DNA from: Candidatus Saccharimonadales bacterium
GTDB taxonomy: Bacteria; Patescibacteriota; Saccharimonadia; Saccharimonadales; Saccharimonadaceae
Assembly: GCA_030146045.1 (NCBI GenBank)
Contig: JASLDG010000006.1
Span: 1 to 61,466 of the forward strand
DNA length: 61,466 nucleotides
Reading direction: 5' to 3'
The stretch's first letter is position 1; each line of letters opens with the position of its first letter. The position numbers were made by a program, and so were the translations under genes. Below are positions 55,147 through 61,466 of this stretch, piece by piece. The notes under the pieces were generated by a model. That model worked only from the letters and a program-made list of their open reading frames with translations. It did no database searches and was not told where the DNA came from.

Positions 55147-58100
55147 AATCTACCCCCTCTGGTACGCTCGTTAATTTCACCAAACTATTCTGTTGGTTAA
55201 ACTTTATTATATCTGTGCTACTTGGCTTGTAGGCTATGCACTGTCCATTCTGTTTCTTAGTCAGGATGATTGGAAATGGCTTACCGTTGCTATCTTCTAT
55301 AATAGCAAGTTTGTTGAATTGGGGGATGTATTCATTGGCCTTAGATATAGAGAGGAGGTTCCATGATTGGATGGGTTCGAAGGCGCGGCCAAAGATTGGG
55401 TGATTGGGGCTATCACCAATAGCCGAAATGAGTGGCAGTGCTGCGATGGTATTAGCCGCAGTACCTGTGGGAGTATAGTCACTAATACCCAGTTGTGATT
55501 CGGCAGCGTAGAAATTGCGATAGAGATAGATACGGCCTGCGTCTTCTCCCTTGTTTGCATCGCCCTGCCGCGCCAAATAGAGAGGCTGTGTATTGTCTGA
55601 CTGGCCGTCACCGTCCACGTCGTCGCCCGATGCCTCTTGGCGACAGGTGTCGGTATTGGTAGCAATTCGTGTAAGCGTACGAGATTGGCTCGCAGTTACT
55701 TTGCTCAAGCTCGTTGGTTTGTACTGTACACACCCCCAACCGCCAGCACGAGTAGACACTATCGGCTGATATGGATGCTGTGACGATCCGTCACCTGTAA
55801 CAGTAAAGTTGGCGATAGGACCAGTATCCGGCACACTACTAGCCGAATACTGCTTGCCCTGGCTTGCACCAACAATCGCCCAGCCATCGCCATCCGGGTC
55901 GTTATCGCCGCTAACACCCGTTACACTGCCCGCACGCGTGTTACGCTCAATATAGATATAATGTTCTTTTTCGGCTTGCCCCGCATAGGTACGGTCTGGA
56001 TCGCCAAGGCGTGTGCGGTAGAGCTGAGGCGTTTCGCTAATTTCTGGGTCGCAGGCATCGTCGATACCGTCCATGTCTGCATCAGTGCTAGAAGCAACGA
56101 TAAATAGGCCGCAGGCTTGCTGGTTGTCTGGCGTACCGTTTTCGTCCAAGTCGTTAGGGTCATTACCCGTTACAACAACACTCTGCACTACGTCGATTGG
56201 CTCGCCCGAATATGTTTTGCCCGATACGATAATCGTATGGTAGCCAGCAGGTACAGTTGATGGAATCGTAATCGAATTATCAAAACTGCCATCACTATTC
56301 GCCGTAAAAGTCCCCAAATCAACAGGGTCAGAGTGTAGCGTCACTGTGAACGGACTATTCGGCTCAAAACTATACTGCCCGGCCTTTAAATCCACGCTTT
56401 GTCCTTTTTTCATCATGCCGCTCGTCACATGTTTGTCTTCTGCTTGTTTAGACGGAGTACCAAATTCAGATGGAATAGCAGGCTTTGCGGCATTTGCACT
56501 CGCATCTGGGCAATTGATGCGTCCATCTTCACACACATCTGCCTCCAAAGGAGTCTTGTTGCCAAGCTCCGACCGAATCTTTTGTGCTATCTTTATGTGG
56601 CCATAGTCATTTGGATGAAAGCTCTCTTGTAGTTCGCTTTTACCATCCTGTGCTATCCCAGTAACATAATTCTGCCCATCATCGCATAATCTGCCGTCTT
56701 GTAGAGCATCCGATATGTCAATATATTTTACACCTGCCGCTACTGCAGCCTGCTGGATGACTGAGTTAAGATAATTTGTTGCCTGTACAATCATCTGACG
56801 CTCGACAAGGTTTAAAGATCCTATATTAGATCCGCAGGGTGCAGGCTCACCGTCACTGATAAGCCTTGGGTAACCTGCTACAAATATTTTTGCTTGTCGT
56901 CCAGATGCAACATACAACTCTCTATAAAGTGATGTGAGGCTGTCGTATTGACCTTGAATGAGACTTCCAATAGTAGATTTTTGCGAAGTAGCCCATCCGC
57001 AAGTCGTCGGGTGCGGAACAATGACCGTCACCCTAATCGTTAGGCAGTCCTGCAACTTCCCACCAAAATCAATATTATTCGCCCCCATAGTCAACGTAAT
57101 AACCTTTGGCTTATACTTCTTTACAAACTCAATTTGCTGCGCACGACCTGGGATAAACTCATTCAGCGCAGTCGCTTGCAGTTGGCTGCGATTAGCATAA
57201 TCTTCCAAGCGGGCTTTTTCTTTATCCGATGCTAGCAATGCGCCGCCTTTTGGCTGTCCCTTATACAGCGAGTTGCTGTCTTTTCCCTTCGTATACACAT
57301 CCGATGATTTCGCCCCGCTACACGCCACGCTCCCCCATTTATCTTTCGTGAGTTTCATCTGATTCGCAAGATAATACGGATACGACCGTGTGCTGACGTG
57401 ACATTTTTCGCGAGGAATACCTTTTGATTTGTCTTCTTCGTTATCGGTATACGGACGGTAGTATTTATCAAGTGTTACAAGTGGTGTTGGTGAATTGCCA
57501 AATGGATTGTTCCACGTTGAGGGCTGCGGCTGTATAATCGTCTTCACTTCTGTGTCGCCCTCGCCACTAGAGATAGAATCACCAAGCGCAAGGTAGTCGA
57601 GTTGAGCAGGCTCGGTATAGCCAGGTAGGCTCAAAGTGACAAATCTTTGCGTCCACGGATAAGCAGGTGTGCGAGCGCGTACGACCAGCTGCCTGTCACC
57701 ACCCCTAAATCGTGGATATTCTATCACGCCTGTTATTCCAGAAACTCTTTCATATATAAGATTTCCTAAATCACGTTCCAAGCAAGGGGACGCCAGCGTT
57801 ACGGGATTAGCTATTGTAATATTTTCAATCATCTCACCACAATCACCCGCTACATACGTGACCGTAAGTCCTACATCAACCCCTGATCGTATGACATATT
57901 TACCGTCATTACTTACGCGAAATTCAATGTTCGGGCTACTTGACACTGAATTGCCCGCGTATGTACTAATTAATTTTGCCGACCCTTGATCGACATTAAC
58001 TAATATAATTCCACGACCAACTACCTGAACAGCCAGCCACTTGCCATTTTCTGAATAGCCCACATGTTTGACCGGAATCCATACACTACTTCCATCCTTT

Positions 58101-58606
58101 AGTTCCATAGAGGGATTGTCATTTTGAAAATTATAGATCGATCCAGCTTTTAGTAGGTGTTTCGAGAAATTTTTATAAACTCTGAGCATATAGCTGCTCT
58201 GAGTCAGGCCTTCACGCCTAAAGCCGGTGTCGGTATTTGGAATAACCATCGGGTTACGAAGATCGGAATAACCGTGAGTATTGTCGACTCTGTAATATTT
58301 TTGATCGCCAGGAAATGAGATATACGCATAACCTGCCGCTTGAGCATAACTGACTATCGAACCTTCTGAAACACAAGCCGAAGACAACACACCATCAATT
58401 GACGTTATTAAATTATTTCTACTTATACAACCGTCTGGCGTCTCAAAACCGGTCACGTTAGTCGTATCGCTCCAAGATATATCTATATTCGGTGCACTTA
58501 CCCATTGGTTATTATCGTTTGCGCTCGCAATGAAAGACGCCGACCAAAACACAGCCAATCCTATAGCTATTGAACTGAATACCTTCGCAGCAATCCAACC
58601 CTTCAT
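55139..58606 (-). CDS. Large secreted multidomain SGNH/GDSL esterase with Ig-like and calcium-binding (TSP3-like) repeats
   Basis: 1155 aa. Signal peptide (AIGLAVFWSASFIASA). aa ~180-250 resemble propeller repeats (ENGKWLAV, SNDGKYVI). SGNH blocks: LALGDSISSGEG (aa 340-351), TLTMGANNIDF, SFHPNDYGH. Ig-like segment. D-rich repeats DADMDGIDDACDP, DNDPDGDGW, GDDVDGDGQSDN. Confidence 0.8.
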   Translation of the reverse strand: MKGWIAAKVFSSIAIGLAVFWSASFIASANDNNQWVSAPNIDISWSDTTNVTGFETPDGCISRNNLITSIDGVLSSACVSEGSIVSYAQAAGYAYISFPGDQKYYRVDNTHGYSDLRNPMVIPNTDTGFRREGLTQSSYMLRVYKNFSKHLLKAGSIYNFQNDNPSMELKDGSSVWIPVKHVGYSENGKWLAVQVVGRGIILVNVDQGSAKLISTYAGNSVSSSPNIEFRVSNDGKYVIRSGVDVGLTVTYVAGDCGEMIENITIANPVTLASPCLERDLGNLIYERVSGITGVIEYPRFRGGDRQLVVRARTPAYPWTQRFVTLSLPGYTEPAQLDYLALGDSISSGEGDTEVKTIIQPQPSTWNNPFGNSPTPLVTLDKYYRPYTDNEEDKSKGIPREKCHVSTRSYPYYLANQMKLTKDKWGSVACSGAKSSDVYTKGKDSNSLYKGQPKGGALLASDKEKARLEDYANRSQLQATALNEFIPGRAQQIEFVKKYKPKVITLTMGANNIDFGGKLQDCLTIRVTVIVPHPTTCGWATSQKSTIGSLIQGQYDSLTSLYRELYVASGRQAKIFVAGYPRLISDGEPAPCGSNIGSLNLVERQMIVQATNYLNSVIQQAAVAAGVKYIDISDALQDGRLCDDGQNYVTGIAQDGKSELQESFHPNDYGHIKIAQKIRSELGNKTPLEADVCEDGRINCPDASANAAKPAIPSEFGTPSKQAEDKHVTSGMMKKGQSVDLKAGQYSFEPNSPFTVTLHSDPVDLGTFTANSDGSFDNSITIPSTVPAGYHTIIVSGKTYSGEPIDVVQSVVVTGNDPNDLDENGTPDNQQACGLFIVASSTDADMDGIDDACDPEISETPQLYRTRLGDPDRTYAGQAEKEHYIYIERNTRAGSVTGVSGDNDPDGDGWAIVGASQGKQYSASSVPDTGPIANFTVTGDGSSQHPYQPIVSTRAGGWGCVQYKPTSLSKVTASQSRTLTRIATNTDTCRQEASGDDVDGDGQSDNTQPLYLARQGDANKGEDAGRIYLYRNFYAAESQLGISDYTPTGTAANTIAALPLISAIGDSPNHPIFGRAFEPIQSWNLLSISKANEYIPQFNKLAIIEDSNGKPFPIILTKKQNGQCIAYKPSSTDIIKFNQQNSLVKLTSVPEGVDCE

Positions 58607-58687
58607 AATCCCATGGTAGTTGACTGAACAACCAAAAGCAAGAGCGCTTTCAGCAAATTATCAACAAAAAGTGGTATAATCAATCTT

Positions 58688-61063
58688 TTACTCTTCGCCC
58701 TCAATCGACAGATGTGGCAAGCGCTTATCAAGCCATTCTGGTAGCCACCAGGCATGTTCACCGAGCAGCGTCATAACCGCCGGTACAATAGTCATACGTA
58801 CAATGAATGCGTCAACAAAGATACCGATTGCCAGACCGAACCCAATCGTTTGCACCGTGGCATCGTGATTACCAATAAACCCAGCAAAGACTGCCACCAT
58901 GATCACACCGGCGGCCGTAACCACTTTGCTACCCATAGCAAATCCATCGGTCACCGCACGGCGGGCATTCTTGGTGTGCGCGTACGATTCGTGCATGCTC
59001 GATACCAAGAAAAATTCGTAGTCCATGGCAAGGCCGAACAAAATCCCAATTGCAATAATCGGCACAAAACTCACAATTGGTCCGGGCGCATCTGCCACAC
59101 CCAACCAACCCCACTGGAAAATTGCGACGACCACGCCGAACATCGCCAATACCGATAGCAAGAATCCAGCCGTCGCCTTGATTGGCACCAAAATCGAGCG
59201 GAATGCGACGATTAGTAATATAAGCGAAAGCCCCACAACGACCGCCAAATATTCCGGCAATGCAGTGGCGAGCTTGGCGTTAATATCGTTTTGCAAGGCT
59301 GTTGACCCAGTCACCGCCACACTAACACCGAGTTGTTTCTGGTAGTCAGGGTCGCGCAACTTCTCGATCAAATCAGTCGTCTTTTTATCGGATGGCGCCG
59401 ATCCTGGAATCAGCTGGATAATTCCCTTAGTACCATCGTTCGTTGCGGCAGCTGGAAGCACCTGGGCGACATCACCAAGTTTAGCGATTTCGTCCGCTTT
59501 CTTTTTGAGCTGAACTAACGTGGCGTTTTGTTCAACCGCTTTTTCAATCTCGGCTAGGGCCGCCTGTTTTTGCTGTTCGCCCTGGATCTGAGCGGCAGTG
59601 ATTTCTTGCTGCAAAGCAATCTGCTGCTCGTACGTGGTTGCCACAGCAGCTTTTTGCTGGAATGTCGCTTGAGCCGCTTGCTCGGCGGCGGCCGATTTGG
59701 CAGTAAATTCTTGCATAGCCATCGCTCGCACCGTCTCTTTGTCGGCTTGACTCACCTGTGGCAATCCCTCGACAACCAGGAGGAGCGGCCCGTTAAATCC
59801 AGCACCAAAACCTTTAGCAAGTAAGTCATAGGCTCTACGTTCGGTCGAATCTTTAGCAGCATATTCATCTGTCGGCAATCCAAGGTTAAGATGCAATACC
59901 GGCCATGCGAGCGCCGCAATAATCAGTGCACTTATGCCAAGCGCTGCCCATGGCCGACGTGTAATCAGCGCACCCCATTTATACCAAATAGTCTTATGAC
60001 TTATCGCCGACACCTTGCTTGCTTTTTTACGCGCTGCCGTCAGTCGTGCTCGCTGCTTTTTCGTGAAGATACGTAGACCAACGACACCAAGTAAGGCAGG
60101 TATCAATGTTAATGCAACGATAGCAGCCACAGCAATAGCCGCTGCCGCCGTCAGTCCCATCGTCGTCATAAACGGAATCTGCACAATTGCCAAACTGGCG
60201 AGAGCGATCACAACCGTCGCTGCCGCAAACACGACAGCATTGCCCGCCGTACCAAGTGCTTTGCCAGCTGCTTCTTTCAAATCAACTCCCTCAATCACCA
60301 GGCTACGGTATCGACTAATGATAAACAGCGAGTAGTCAATTCCGACCGCAAGCCCGAGCATCACTGCCAGTACAGGCGTCGTCGTATTAATCGTCATCAC
60401 CTGACTCAGGCTGAAAAGTCCAGCCATACTGACACCAATACCAGCTACTGCCGTGATAATCGGCATACCGGCCGCCACCAAAGACCCAAGTGTCGCAACC
60501 AATACCAGGAGCGCCAATACAACACCAGCAATTTCGCCAATACCTAAGATTTCGCCAGGTGTTTTACTGATAATGTCGCCACCACGCTCCACCACTAAGC
60601 CACTTTCTTGAGCTTTTTCGGCTGCTTTTTTGGTCGCCGCCAAGGTTTCTTCAGGCACTGAACCCGCCTCGCTCTTAAGCTGAAGCTGTAAAAAACCAAT
60701 GGTCTTATCTTTGGAGAGCGCGGTCGGATTTTCGAATGGGGTAATAGCAGCCGATACACTCGGTGCCGTCTTCAAGCTCGCAGCCGCTTGGTCAATTACC
60801 GGTTTATATTCATCTAATGTCTTGCCGGTGGGCGCTGCAAACACGAGTCGACCCGAGCCAGCACCCGCATCTGGAAACAGCTCGCCCATGCGATCAATTG
60901 CTTTTTGCGCTTCGGTACCAGGAATTGAAATTGCCGACGATGTCGGTTTCATATTCACCGCCTCAGCCCATCCGAGCAGCCCAATTATCACCAACCAGCC
61001 AACAACCACCCACCAGCCATGATCAAAAATAAATTTTCCGAATTTATGTAGTCCCTGTCCCAT
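58688..61063 (-). CDS. MMPL-family (RND superfamily) transporter
   Basis: 791 aa. Two 6-TM bundles, each after an extracytoplasmic domain (typical GIDYSLF and GLAMDYEFFL motifs). Coiled-coil insertion in the second loop. Confidence 0.85.
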   Translation of the reverse strand: MGQGLHKFGKFIFDHGWWVVVGWLVIIGLLGWAEAVNMKPTSSAISIPGTEAQKAIDRMGELFPDAGAGSGRLVFAAPTGKTLDEYKPVIDQAAASLKTAPSVSAAITPFENPTALSKDKTIGFLQLQLKSEAGSVPEETLAATKKAAEKAQESGLVVERGGDIISKTPGEILGIGEIAGVVLALLVLVATLGSLVAAGMPIITAVAGIGVSMAGLFSLSQVMTINTTTPVLAVMLGLAVGIDYSLFIISRYRSLVIEGVDLKEAAGKALGTAGNAVVFAAATVVIALASLAIVQIPFMTTMGLTAAAAIAVAAIVALTLIPALLGVVGLRIFTKKQRARLTAARKKASKVSAISHKTIWYKWGALITRRPWAALGISALIIAALAWPVLHLNLGLPTDEYAAKDSTERRAYDLLAKGFGAGFNGPLLLVVEGLPQVSQADKETVRAMAMQEFTAKSAAAEQAAQATFQQKAAVATTYEQQIALQQEITAAQIQGEQQKQAALAEIEKAVEQNATLVQLKKKADEIAKLGDVAQVLPAAATNDGTKGIIQLIPGSAPSDKKTTDLIEKLRDPDYQKQLGVSVAVTGSTALQNDINAKLATALPEYLAVVVGLSLILLIVAFRSILVPIKATAGFLLSVLAMFGVVVAIFQWGWLGVADAPGPIVSFVPIIAIGILFGLAMDYEFFLVSSMHESYAHTKNARRAVTDGFAMGSKVVTAAGVIMVAVFAGFIGNHDATVQTIGFGLAIGIFVDAFIVRMTIVPAVMTLLGEHAWWLPEWLDKRLPHLSIEGEE

Positions 61064-61068
61064 CTGCT

Positions 61069-61466
61069 CTACCTCCTTACTTCCTGATCTACTCGTGACA
61101 TCATGGCGTGAGTAATCGCTGCCGCAATCGCATCAGCACAGTCATCCGGCTTCGGTACTTCGGTCAGCCCAAGCTGCAAACGCACCATTTCTTGCACCTG
61201 TTTCTTATCCGCCTTACCATATCCCGTCAGCGTTTGTTTAATCTGCATTGGCGTATATTCAGCGATTGGTAGCCTTGCCTTGCGACCCGTGAGCATTGCC
61301 ACGCCACGGGCATGCGATACGCTCATAGCAGTCGTCACATTACGAGCAAAAAAGAGTTTCTCAATCGACATGACTTCAGGGTTTGTTTCGGCAATAATAT
61401 CAGTGAGTCCATCAAAAATTTCTTCAAGCCGTTCATCAAGTGGCGTGTGGGCAGGCGTTCGAATCA
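61069..61466 (-). CDS. ruvC: Crossover junction endodeoxyribonuclease RuvC (N-terminus beyond the window end)
   Basis: The frame stays open upstream of the track ORF to nt 61466 (..IRTPAHTPLDERLEEIFDGLTDIIAETNPEVMSIEKLFFARNVTTA...GYGKADKKQV...DDCADAIAAAITH). 5-nt gap to the MMPL gene. Confidence 0.85.
   Translation of the reverse strand, partial: IRTPAHTPLDERLEEIFDGLTDIIAETNPEVMSIEKLFFARNVTTAMSVSHARGVAMLTGRKARLPIAEYTPMQIKQTLTGYGKADKKQVQEMVRLQLGLTEVPKPDDCADAIAAAITHAMMSRVDQEVRR

Overview
This is a gene-dense 61.5-kb bacterial chromosomal window with about 60 protein genes, 5 tRNAs and one tRNA fragment. I saw no rRNA, CRISPR array, transposase, integrase or phage genes. Core content: recA-nudix-recX; ruvC, ruvA and ruvB split by inserted genes; glyA, rny, tsaE-tsaB, bcp and kup; wall genes (murB, an HTH-fused murA-like gene, murT-gatD, a class A PBP); an envelope glycosylation cluster (two GT-C enzymes, GtrA, OpgC-like); two CNNM/CBS transporters; an MMPL transporter; and a type IV pilus assembly operon pilB-pilC-pilM-pilN-pilO with no secretin in the window. 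Six genes carry prepilin G|FTxxE motifs, spread over three loci, and two giant proteins have PilX-like N-termini. Genes often overlap by 1-41 nt (three TAATG junctions), and some ORF-track starts are TTG or GTG. Four of the five tRNAs are followed by a perfect A/T-flanked hairpin. The style fits a reduced monoderm episymbiont such as Candidatus Saccharibacteria/Patescibacteria, but that is inference only. The most interesting feature is at the left end (1..7551). It holds two tandem, diverged copies of a three-gene module: PilV-like pseudopilin, PilW-like pseudopilin, and a giant protein fusing a PilX-like N-terminal helix to about 13 cysteine-paired RCC1-type propeller blades. I read this as a duplicated pilus-tip adhesin system analogous to PilVWX-PilY1 but built on a different fold. 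Other notable items: an XRE-HTH::MurA fusion next to a 142-nt palindrome with 20-bp perfect arms in the divergent glyA promoter region; a GC-rich orphan gene bounded by 15-bp perfect inverted repeats; a membrane-anchored Clp/Hsp100-like ATPase with a degenerate first Walker B; a 1155-aa secreted SGNH esterase next to the MMPL transporter inside a split ruvC...ruvA operon; and a tRNA-Gly 3' half duplication with hairpin insertions.
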